The notes under the pieces were generated by a model that did no database searches, was not told the origin of the DNA, and was given only the letters and a program-made list of their open reading frames with translations. Positions 49,517 through 64,000 of a stretch of DNA of 64,000 bases are shown one piece after another. Origin of the DNA: Eledone cirrhosa. Its lineage: Eukaryota. The position numbers were made by a program, and so were the translations under genes. Every line of letters starts with the position of its first letter. Positions within the stretch are counted from its first letter, which is position 1. Location of the stretch: the NCBI GenBank assembly GCA_964016885.1, contig OZ024748.1:33790001-33854000 (forward strand), given 5' to 3'.

Positions 49517-49598
49517 ACTCCAACTAATTAGTTTCTGCAATGGGATAAAGACAGATACGTAATATAACCATCGAGAATTCATTGCGTCATCAGGGAGT
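49517..49598 (-). ncRNA. Minimal type I hammerhead ribozyme motif
   Basis: Minus strand: actcc CTGATGA cgcaatg..cattgca GAAA ctaattag TT ggagt; 5-bp stem I and palindromic stem III. Confidence 0.8.
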
Positions 49599-49837
49599 CT
49601 ATTCTCAGCTAAGTCTCCAGGCAATGCGCGGACACTGGGGACTCATATAAAAATAATAATAATTCAGTAGATGGAACAGCTAGCGGGGACTGGATTCCAT
49701 GCACTGAAAAGCTCGCTGTCTCTGGTCAAATGGCAGATTCTAAAGAATCAATCACGTGACACTTATTTTACGTCTTTCATATATATATATATACACAATA
49801 TATTAACAAATGGTAACTATATTTATAAAACCATATT

Positions 49838-49902
49838 TATTTCATTATACATATTTCAAGGACACCAAAGCAAATTATGGTGCGCTTTCATCAGATAAAA
49901 TA
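49838..49902 (-). ncRNA. Minimal type I hammerhead ribozyme motif, intact core
   Basis: Minus strand: tattttat CTGATGA aagcgcacca-taatttgctt-tggtgtcctt GAAA tatgta TA atgaaata. Confidence 0.8.
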
Positions 49903-50535
49903 TAATATAGATCAGTTTTATAAACATATATTGACATACCCTTAAAGAATGCGACCATGTCGGTTGTAAGCGCCCGGATAGTATATACCTCTTCTCCTCT
50001 CATTGGTCAGTTGTTAGAACATTCCTCAGTCAAAAGACTGAGGAATGTTCTAACAACTGACCAATGAGACGAGAAGAGGCCCTTTGACGTTGAAATTCGT
50101 TTGTTTAAATTCATATGATTCCAGTTCCTCAGTGAAATAACAACCCAACCAGGAACTGGGCATATCAAAGTACTGATATTGATTTGATTATCAATATTAG
50201 TGTTATTGGGCACCCACTGAAGAATTATAAGAGCCCACTTGAATAAGCATCTGTTGATCTTATACAAGCTTCTGCATAAATTGGTATAATTTCTCCCAAA
50301 TTTGTAAGAATCTTATAATGAAGCGAGACGTCTGGGAAGAGATATATTTGATATATCTCATATGAAATAATACAGCCAATTTTCCACACAATACAATTAG
50401 TTAGCACCCCGAACGTTTAATTAGGAATATACTCACTTATTTCCTAATGTTTGTTGAGTGAGTTGGGATTTGGCCGGAGTATCGCTAAAAGCTTCCTCCG
50501 ATAATGTATTTATTTATATATATATATTTGTAGAT

Positions 50536-50878
50536 GGAGGCACATGGCTTAGTGGTTAGAACATTGGCCTTGCAATCGAAAGGTTGTGAGTTCAATTCTC
50601 AGACCCGGTGATGTGTTGTTTACTTGAGAAAGACACTTTATTTCACATTGTTCCAGTTTACTCAGCTGTAGAAATGAGATGCTAGGGACTGGTGACTCTA
50701 TCATTCCACTGCAAAGTGGTCGTGGAGGTGCCATGGCAAAAAAGCACCCAGCACTCACTGAAATGAGGTTGGTGTTAGGAAGGGCAACCAGCTGTAGAAA
50801 TCAAGCCAGAATCAATCTCGTCCTACCCTTGCAAGCAGGTAAAAGCGGATGTAAAAAATGATGATGATGATGATGATG
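50536..50878 (+). mobile_element. tRNA/CORE SINE with RTE tail (sister of 45664-46005)
   Basis: Colinear with the 45664 copy and ends in (gat)n; tail-only copies at ~49256-49335 and ~54133-54295. Confidence 0.88.
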
Positions 50879-50896
50879 TATATGTATATATATATA

Positions 50897-51648
50897 TATA
50901 TGAGTATGTACACGTACATACATATATGTATACAGACGTACAGTAGTATGTTTATATATATATATACATACAAACACACATATATATATGTACGTATGGA
51001 TTCACCGAACATTTATACAGGATGTTTGTTTACAAACACACCGAGCATTATCATAAATGTTCGGTGAATCCATACGTACATATATATAAGTGTGTATGTA
51101 TGTATATATATATACATACTACTGTACGTCTGTATACATATATGTATGTACGTGTACATACTTATATTTAAGTAACAGCTGTACTAAGAGTGGGAAATGA
51201 AATTTCGTTTCATTTTTTCCGTTTATCGTTTTCGGTGCACCCGGCCGATTAACCCACTCAATATGCAAATTGGGCTACTCAGCCGTTAATATGCATAAGG
51301 TAAGTACATACGTTCAACAATCTGGCAGGAAGGTATACGTTGCTGACGATAGCTAATAAGCTTGAAACTAGTACAGCGTTCCTTTGTCAGTGTTGAACAA
51401 ACGAGCAACGATGGTTGCTATACACTACGGCTTAATACGGGATGTTTGTTTACAAACACACCGAGCATTATCATAAATGTTCGGAGAATCCATACGTACA
51501 TATATATATGTGTGTATGTATGTATATATATATATACATACTACTTTACATATGTATACATATATGTATGTACGTATACATACTTATATTTAAGTAACAG
51601 CTGTACTAAGAGTGGGAAATGAAATTTCGTTTCATTTTTTCCGTTTAT
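50897..51648 (+). mobile_element. Non-coding retrozyme/Penelope-like element: inverted partial copy + 1.5 tandem 420-bp units
   Basis: ggatgtttgtttacaaacacacc at 51020 and 51440; ~50897-51016 is the reverse complement of ~51053-51166; hammerhead inside; flanked by (TA)n. Confidence 0.8.
51337..51379 (+). ncRNA. Minimal type I hammerhead ribozyme, intact core
   Basis: acgttg CTGACGA t agct-aata-agct t GAAA ctag TA cagcgt; ACTAGT palindrome in stem III; predicted cleavage after GUA (51373). Confidence 0.85.
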
Positions 51649-51740
51649 ATATATATATATATATATAAATATGTATATGTATATATATATACATATATAT
51701 ATATATGTATATATATGTATATATGTATATATATGTATAT

Positions 51741-51796
<56 letters not shown>

Positions 51797-51859
51797 GTAT
51801 ATATATATACGTATATATATGTATGTATATGTATGTATATATACGTATGTATATATATG

Positions 51860-51890
<31 letters not shown>

Positions 51891-51937
51891 GTATATATAT
51901 ATGTATATATATGTATATATATATATGTATATATATG

Positions 51938-51970
<33 letters not shown>

Positions 51971-52039
51971 GTATATATATATATATGTATATATATATGT
52001 ATATATATGTATATATATATATATATATGTATATATATG

Positions 52040-52072
<33 letters not shown>

Positions 52073-52170
52073 GTATATATATATATATGTACATATGTAT
52101 ATATATATATATGTATATATATATGTTTATATATATGTATATATAAATATATATGTATATGTATATATAT
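51646..52170. repeat. (TA)n/(TATG) microsatellite
   Basis: Directly visible. Confidence 0.97.
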
Positions 52171-52308
52171 TGCAGAACTTATGTGTAAAATAAACACACC
52201 CGTACTGTGTATTCCTTGTGACAGTATCTTGTTAGCTCAATGTATGAAAACAGAGCCGTTATAGTAAGAGAAAACAAAGAGCGCTTATATCATCAATCAA
52301 TTTTTCTT

Positions 52309-52355
52309 CGCTGACAGTGTTTCATCCATACCATGGGGCAGGACTCATAAGAGCG
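52309..52355 (-). ncRNA. Hammerhead motif with one core substitution (CUUAUGA)
   Basis: Minus strand: cgct CTTATGA gtcc-tgccccatggtat-ggat GAAA cactg TC agcg; stem I extends via ttttca/aagaaaa. Confidence 0.65.
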
Positions 52356-53390
52356 TGAAAACAAAAATACAATAATGAAGATAAGCTCTACCGACCTACA
52401 TCATAAGAACAATAGATATATGGTACAGGATCATAGGATAATAGTGAGAATGGAGATGATACATAAGGTTGTCAGTCAGAGTAAGGAAAAATAAGTAATC
52501 ACACAAGAGATAGATGCATGTTAAGGAATCAGTCAAGGCAATAAAGAAAAAAGAAAGAATACTAAAAAATATATAAAAAAATAAAAAATAAAAAATAATA
52601 ATAATAATTAATTAAACAATAGTTAAAAAAATAGTTTTAAAAAAAAATAATTTAAAAATAATAAAAAATTTAAAAAGATACTAAAAAATATATATATTAA
52701 AAAAAATATATATATTAAAAATATATAGAAAAAAATTATATTAAAAACATATTAAAAAGATAATAATTAAAAATAATAAAAAAAAATAAAAAAAATATAA
52801 ATAAATAAAAAAATAAAAAAATGGAAATTAAAAACTAATTAAAAAATATATATTAAAAAATAATTAACAAGAGACAAGGGAAGGTATAGATGCATATGAG
52901 GTCACACAAGCGCAAGGAGAGGAAGCTTGCATTGGTCACAGTCAAATAGATATAGGCAAGATGATTTCCTATGACAAAAAGTCTTGTGTCCTATAGTTTC
53001 ACAGGGTGAGCCACAGTGCACTCGAATGTTACAGTTGTCGAAGTAGGGATATCGAGCAGATAAATTTACGATATGACTAGGCATCCATCGGGGTGTCATA
53101 TAGAGAAGTGCCATTTAGCTCTTAAAGGTTCAGAGGGGATTTAGTATTCTCCAAATTCAGCATGGTTAGGGTAACCATAAGATATTGTAGTTGTGCGGAT
53201 AAGAGATCTTGCATAAGGATGGGTACAGCACAGGCAGAAGCAGGAACACAAGCAAAGCAGGGTAAGTGTATAGAAGAAGCTGAAGCAGTCAATTCACAAC
53301 GAGAAATTCATAACAGACAGTTCATACATGGTTTAAACAATGTTTGAGGCATATCTGGCAAGGGGAACAAAAAACATATATCGTTTTTTG

Positions 53391-53423
<33 letters not shown>

Positions 53424-53439
53424 GTGTGTATATATATAT

Positions 53440-53632
53440 ATAGGAACGAGTAGGACCCCGACGGCTGAGCTCAAGCCGTTTCGACAGTTAATTCTGGACA
53501 GAATTAGCCGTCGAAACGGCTTGAGCTCAGCCGTCGGGGTCCTACTCGTTCCTATTACCCACTCTACTACCCTAAGTATTGAGTACTTTGGTGCATTATG
53601 GTCCACCTGGTTCCTTACCACATTTCCTTCGT
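53440..53632. mobile_element. Fold-back element (57-bp arms) containing the 3' half of a hammerhead; deleted sister copy at 47506-47610
   Basis: Palindrome 53440-53555; right arm reads gtc GAAA cggct-tgagctc-agccg TC ggggtcc; (TA)n on both sides. Confidence 0.7.
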
Positions 53633-53644
53633 TATATATATATA

Positions 53645-53685
<41 letters not shown>

Positions 53686-54329
53686 CTCCGGGAGAGATGA
53701 CCCCTTAGCCTTTGTCAAGGCAGAATTCTAGGAGAAGTAAAACTCTGATATAACACCTGCAACCCTGATGGTATCCAATGATGTTGACTTGTTCTTTTTT
53801 TTGGTAAATATCATCTTGGTTAAGAGAGTGGGACTGGTTTTGTGCAGTGCCTTTGCTCACTATAAAAGCTTCATGGCACAGGCATTGCTTTATATCTGGA
53901 GATCTCTCTGCACTTGTCGTCACATGGTACCATGGACCCACCACTATATGACAATAATTGTCACAAGTGTAGTGTTTGTACCAGAGTTTTCAAGTCGCTG
54001 GCTGGACTAAAAAGTCACACTCGTTCAGCGCATCGGTAGGAGTTCTCCTACATGGATATAAAGTAGTGGCCGTCCTCGAAAACGAGTTGGCAGCCACCAT
54101 ATATATATATGTATATATACATATATATATATTCCACTGCAAAGTGAACGTGTAGGCGCCATGGAAAAAAAGCACACAGCAGTCACTGTAAATGAGGTTG
54201 GTGTTAGGAAGGGCATCGAGCTGTAGAAATTAAGCCAGAATCAGTTCCCGTCCCACCCTTGCAAGCAGGGAAAAGCAGACGTAAAAATGATGATATATAT
54301 ATATGTATGTATAAATATATATGTATATA

Positions 54330-54363
<34 letters not shown>

Positions 54364-55481
54364 CAGAGATATCCACGGTAAGTTGTGGGGTCTGTTCTGC
54401 ATGAAGAACTCAATGTAATCCATTTGTTGAAAATGTTGTAGGTTAAGATAAATCCCGGAAAACAATAAAACATTAAAAGGAAAACAGAGTCATGATATAA
54501 GTTAAAACAATGAAATAAAAAATCAAGTCATTAGCGATATACTTCACTGCTTTACGATCGTTTCTAGGTGATGATAATACATTGTAGCTATACTTCGTTA
54601 TTGATCTATGTAAGGTTAGTTACAAAATATCAGATAAAGAGAATATTTACTTACATGTTGTTTTCAAAAGCAATAATAATTTTATTCAGAATTAGTAGTA
54701 CGTTAGTATCTTGTCTTTATTTGCAGATAGTTGAAGAACTAACCAATCAAATTGTTTTTTCATATGATGTTAAGATGAAAAGTAATTCACTTTAGTTGAG
54801 GTCATGACCCTTTGAAAGGAATGGTTGAATGGCGTTAATAATAGAATTGCCATTAAAAATCTATTAGGAGGAAAGGGATTGTCAAATTGATAGTTGAATG
54901 TATCTGGTATAGTGAAGTTTAAAAGGAATGTAAAAATAAAATGATGATTAGTGTTGTATGGAGTTTTTAGGTGAATATAAATTAAGGTCATGGCTAGGAA
55001 AGATGGTATATTAAAAGATGAAAATTATAAGATAATGAAATACAGTAATGCAATAATATAATATAACTAACACAATATAGTACGGTGTGGTAAATTGCAC
55101 TTAGTATAATACAGCGTATGATACGCTCTAAAATACTATGAAGTATGTTTATGTATAAATAATCAAACTCAGATAAATACATGTTGATATAGTCAAAACG
55201 CATAAATTTCATAAATCACAAAGTGCATATATCGACACTATATATAGAGAGGTATAGTTACATTGATACCCAACTAAAAATATACTTACGCATAAATACA
55301 CATTTACACATGTGCACATAATCATATACACATATATTTATACATATCTATATTTACACATACACACCTATACCCACATATATATATATGTGTATGCACA
55401 CACTCATACATGTACACACACTCATATATAAACACTCATACACATACTCACATATACACACATACAAACTCATGTATATAT

Positions 55482-55536
<55 letters not shown>

Positions 55537-55845
55537 CATAAATATATTCCCATATCATACATACATAGATATATATTTACTCATGCAATTACGGGTGGTT
55601 GTGTACCTTGCCTTTAGTCATTAACGCATAAACCTAAGGAAGCTAAAACATTAAAAGGTAAAAGATAAGCATGAATGCATATAATAGGGGAAGGGGTACT
55701 AACAAATGTTACTCTATATAGAATTATAGTGAGTTGCTATTTAGAATATTTAATTAGGTTTATAGTATTTAAATGTTCTTCGTATACGGTGATTACAAAC
55801 TATAATCAGTTCCTGTCTTTTATTTAATTTTAAATAACTATTTAA

Positions 55846-59970
<4,125 letters not shown>

Positions 59971-60164
59971 TCTATATATATAAAATGGTAGATGTCTGTC
60001 TGTGTGTGTGTATGATTTTTATGCATTTCCACATTTCTCTACCGATTTTGATGATTGTTTTTCCAATGTGCTCCAAATTTACCAGGGCAGGTCAACGCGT
60101 AATTACTTTTGCCAAATATTTCCTGCTTCTATGAAAAATAATTGATAAAACTAAATACATGCTG

Positions 60165-60578
60165 TAACCCTCTCTCTTACACGTTTCATTCCTCTCACTA
60201 CTCTCAATCTCCTCTGCAACTCTCTTTAAAAGGTTACTGCCTCCGTCTCTGAAGGAACGCGACACAAACTTTGATAACCCTCTCTCTTACACGCTTCATT
60301 CCTCTCACTACCCTCAGTCTCCTCCGCAACTCTCTTTAAAAGGTTAATGCCTCTGTCTCTGAAGGAACGTGACACAAACTTTGATAACCCTCTCTCTTAC
60401 ACGCTTCATTCCTCTCACTACCCTCAATCTCCTCCGCAACTCTCTTTAAAGGGTTACTGCCTCCGTCTCTGAAAGAACTCGACACAAACTTTGATAACCC
60501 TCTCTCTTACACGCTTCATTCCTCTCACTACCCTCAATCTCCTCTGCAACTCTGTTTAAAAGGTTACTGCCTCCGTCT
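60165..60578 (+). repeat. 110-bp tandem repeat (~3.8 copies) in the Helitron 5' region
   Basis: taaccctctctcttacacg occurs at 60165, 60275, 60385 and 60495. Confidence 0.92.
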
Positions 60579-61165
60579 CCATTACAGTTTAGAACAACGA
60601 CAAATCTTCTCTCTCTATAATAGATCATTCACCCTCTTCGTTCGTCATACATCAAATATTAAAATTTAAAAAGCCGATAACACTAAATACATACTGCTCT
60701 CTCAACGTTACATTTTACATCAAATAACAAATATTCAAAAGCAACAGATGAATTTATAAAACAACAAACGTAACAATAACGACGCTTAAGCATTCATTTA
60801 CTTGAATCTCAACAAAGACATTATATTTTATTGTTGTTCTTTTTGTAATTTTTCTTTCTTTGTTTTTCTCAATATGAGACAAAAAATTAATGAGAAAACT
60901 TTTTTTAACGAACGTCCGATTTCGATGATTTATTTTCCAGTGTGCTCCAAAATAACTCCCCTGTTTACGCTCTTTTGTGCTATAACTCAGACAGGCTTCG
61001 CTTACAGGTTTGACCTATTATTTGACGTGCATTCTTCATAGATCTTACTTAGTAGTCACTTTCCACTTACTCACCTTTCAATTGAAAGTTTTGGCTACTC
61101 CCCCTTTCATGCTCCATTACCTGCATAAATATTTACGTGTTCGGTCCTGCTACAACATAGCAGTC

Positions 61166-64000
61166 ATGCCACCCCCAAAAAGACCACGACTTAGTTGCCA
61201 AACTAAAGCTGCTTCTGCTGCCAAACGAAGAAGAGCTACAGAGTTGTCCGTAGAAAAATTGACTCGGTTGTCACAAAATGCAACTCGAAATGCAATTACC
61301 CGGGCAACCGAGACAGAAAAAAAGAGGAGCATCCGCCTTTCCGGAAATGCATTTGTAACTGCAGTTGCACGTGCAGCGCAAACTGATGAACAACATTCTC
61401 GACGACGAAGCAAAAATGCGGCCTCCACCGCTGCGGCACGTGACGGTGAGGACGAAGAACACCGTTACAGTCGACGACGAAGTGATGCCGCCTCAACTGC
61501 TGCGTCACGTGCTGCCGAGAACGAAGGTCAGCGTTCCAGACGTCAACGTACGGACGCCGCTTCAACAGATTCCGTTCGCGCATCAGAGACTGCGCAAATT
61601 CAATTACAAAGGCTAAACGCCAACGCACTCTGCAGGAGTGCTAAACGAGGTACACAGAGGATCAGTTGCACTCAGTGGCCTCATAAGGCTTTCCACTATG
61701 ACCCAACAGTAAACTATGCACTGATGCCAGAAGTTCAGATTGGATCCATGTCTGTCATTTGCCAATATTGTCGGGCAAAAAAATACCTGGGGAGACTTCA
61801 GGGGTGTGTAGCTCTGACGGCAAAGTGAAACTGCCTCCTCTACAGGAACCACCACAAACTTTGAAGTCTCTACTGACCGGTGCCACAGCGGAGTCGGAAT
61901 ACTTCCTTCGATGTTCCAGGAGATCCAACGCTGCCTGCCAAATGACCTCTTTTGGAGCTAACATCATACGCGAGGGCGGCTTCATGCTTACCTTTAAAGT
62001 TCAAGGACAAATTTACCACAGAATCGGTTCGGTACTGCTCACGACAGACGGACAGCCCCAGTTCCTACAACTATACTTTGTCACTGACTATTTGAACCAA
62101 GCGGAACGACGCGCTTCAATTTTGCCTGGCAGAGATATGAACATTCTGTTGCAACTCCAGAGAATGCTGCACAAAAACAACAACTACATTCGCAGTTTTA
62201 AATGCGCATTGGAGGCTGCTCCATTGCCAAATTTTGCTGTTATAATCGACGCTGACAGGAAACCACCAAGCACCCACGCCAGACGTTTTAACACTCCCAC
62301 GTGCAATGAAATAGCTGTGCTTCTTCATGGAGAACAGTACAACAAGCGGGATATCATACTTCAGTGTAGGGACAATAGTCTGCAACGGATCAGCGAGACG
62401 CATAGGTCCTACGACGCATTCCAATATCCCCTACTTTTCCCAGTCGGTGATGACGGATACCACTTTGGAATTCCTTTGTGCAACAGCAAAAAAGTGTTTC
62501 CTCTATGCAATTTTACACCTACCGATTCATGGTCCGCGAATGCTGCTTTAACCAACTCCATCGTGCAAGAGTGCTCTTCAACCAGCTTGCTGTAGACGCG
62601 TGCGCAAAGATGGAATCTGAAAGGCTGTGCTTCGTAAGGAACAATCAAGCACGCCTTCGTTCGGACAGCTACATTCACTTACAGGATGGAGTAAGGAATG
62701 ACGTCAATCCCGAGAACCTAGGAAAACATTGTATCCTTCCATCGACCTTCATTGGGAGTCCCCGATACATGAGTGAATGCACACAGGATGCTATGACGTA
62801 CGTGCGTCTCTACGGCAGACCGGATCTCTTCATCACTTCAACATGCAACCCTAAGTGGAATGAAATTACCGCGGAATTATTCCCCGGACAAAGGGCGTCA
62901 GACAGACACGATCTTACGGCACGAGTATTTCACTTGAAGTTGACAAAACTTATTGAACTCCTAAAATCAGGTAAGGCCTTTGGACCTGTTAGGTGCTACG
63001 TATACACCGTTGAGTGGCAAAAGAAAGGCCTGCCACACGCCCACCTACTCATTTGGCTGATAACGAAAATCAACGCAAGCAGCATTGACAGCATCATTTC
63101 AGCAGAAATGCCAGACCTAAAATTGAACAGAAAACTCCACAACATCGTCACTGCTCACATGGTTCATGGGCCATGCGGAAACGGTTATAACATGAATTCT
63201 CCATGCATTAAAGAAAGAAGGTGCACCAAGAGGTATCCTAGGCCATTCCTCCGAGAAACTCGGACAGGTGGCGACGGTTATCCATTATACCGCCAAAGGG
63301 AGCCAGCGGACGGAGGAATTGTTGCGAAAACACCACATCACAACGTCGACAACCGGTGGATTGTACCCTACTGCCCACTTCTGCTTAAATTGTTTAACGC
63401 CCACATTAACATTGAATACTGCCACTCCATCAAATCGATAAAGTACGTCTGCAAGTATATCAATAAGGGGTCCGATGCTGCGTCCTTTGGTCTTACAATG
63501 GAGAACAACCGAGACGAAGTAACTCGATACCAGGTCGGCCGATACATCAGCAGCAATGAAGCAGTTGACGGTGCACCTTGAAAACGGTCAAAGAGTCTAC
63601 TTCACCGCCTCCATCGCTGCTGAGATAGCAGAGGAACCCAAGGACATCACACTTACGGCATTTTTTAAGTTATGCCGAAACGATCCCTTCACCAAGACCA
63701 TCTTCTACTCTCAGGTGTCATCACACTACACATGGAACAGAATTTGGTTAAGAAGGGTGAAAGGACAACCCATCGAGGGCCATCCAGACATTAAAATGTC
63801 CCCTACCCTTGGGAGAGTGTACACCATTCATCCTAACCAACAGGAATGCTTTTATCTCCGCCTTCTACTGCATGACGTGGTAGGACCGACATCTTTCGAC
63901 TATCTGAAAACAATCAACGGAGAGCTTTGTACTTCATTCTGCGCAGTCTGCCTTAGACGGGGTCTACTGGAAGATGGCGCTCAGTGGGATGCGACATTGG
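61166..64000 (+). pseudogene. Helitron RepHel transposase, Rep part, frameshifted
   Basis: MPPPKRPR start; Cys cluster CQYC..CSSDGKV; Rep motifs GRPDLFIT.TCNPKW, VEWQKKGLPHAH (HUH) and KYVCKYINKG; frameshifts near 61780, 62490 and 63570. Confidence 0.92.

Larger units (their letters stand above)
59971..64000 (+). mobile_element. Helitron, autonomous type, runs off the window end
   Basis: 5' terminus A|TCTATATATATAAAATG..tgtctgtctg followed by RepHel coding remnants. Confidence 0.93.

Noticed and set aside
51541-52264. Long Tyr/Ile-rich ORFs (also 59008-60134 and other YIYI ORFs)
   Set aside because: Translations of (TA)n microsatellites.
52902-53347. GIY-YIG or RT remnant upstream of the 52309 hammerhead
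   Set aside because: No recognisable Penelope motif in the translations examined; origin unresolved.
54548-54640. Possible complete minus-strand hammerhead (GAAA cgatcg TA aagc)
   Set aside because: Only the 3' half fits; the upstream core reads CTGATAT and stem I does not pair. Kept only as a half-motif.

Overview
Eukaryotic, AT-rich, repeat-saturated animal DNA. The finger style ([15 protein letters not shown]), SINE types and long (TA)n tracts suggest a coleoid cephalopod such as Octopus (inference). About 1-33 kb is a tandemly duplicated C2H2 zinc-finger cluster. It has one intact 8-finger ORF (31499-32302), several decayed paralogues and duplicated flanking blocks. It is invaded by RTE LINEs, a complete but decayed Ty3/Gypsy element (11728-16561, 237-bp LTRs, CCAAC TSD), a CR1-like remnant and 47-, 75- and 78-bp minisatellites. 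About 33-44 kb is dominated by RTE LINEs, including a near-complete copy whose RT contains a PHD-type C4HC3 finger. About 45-60 kb is (TA)n-rich and carries tRNA/CORE SINEs, a non-autonomous Helitron and a Penelope-like element (RT + GIY-YIG). The most notable signal there is at least seven different minimal type I hammerhead ribozyme motifs plus half-motifs and long fold-back palindromes, including a 420-bp tandem retrozyme-like unit. The window ends in the 5' part of a frameshifted autonomous-type Helitron. All structures were read by eye; boundaries of decayed elements are approximate.
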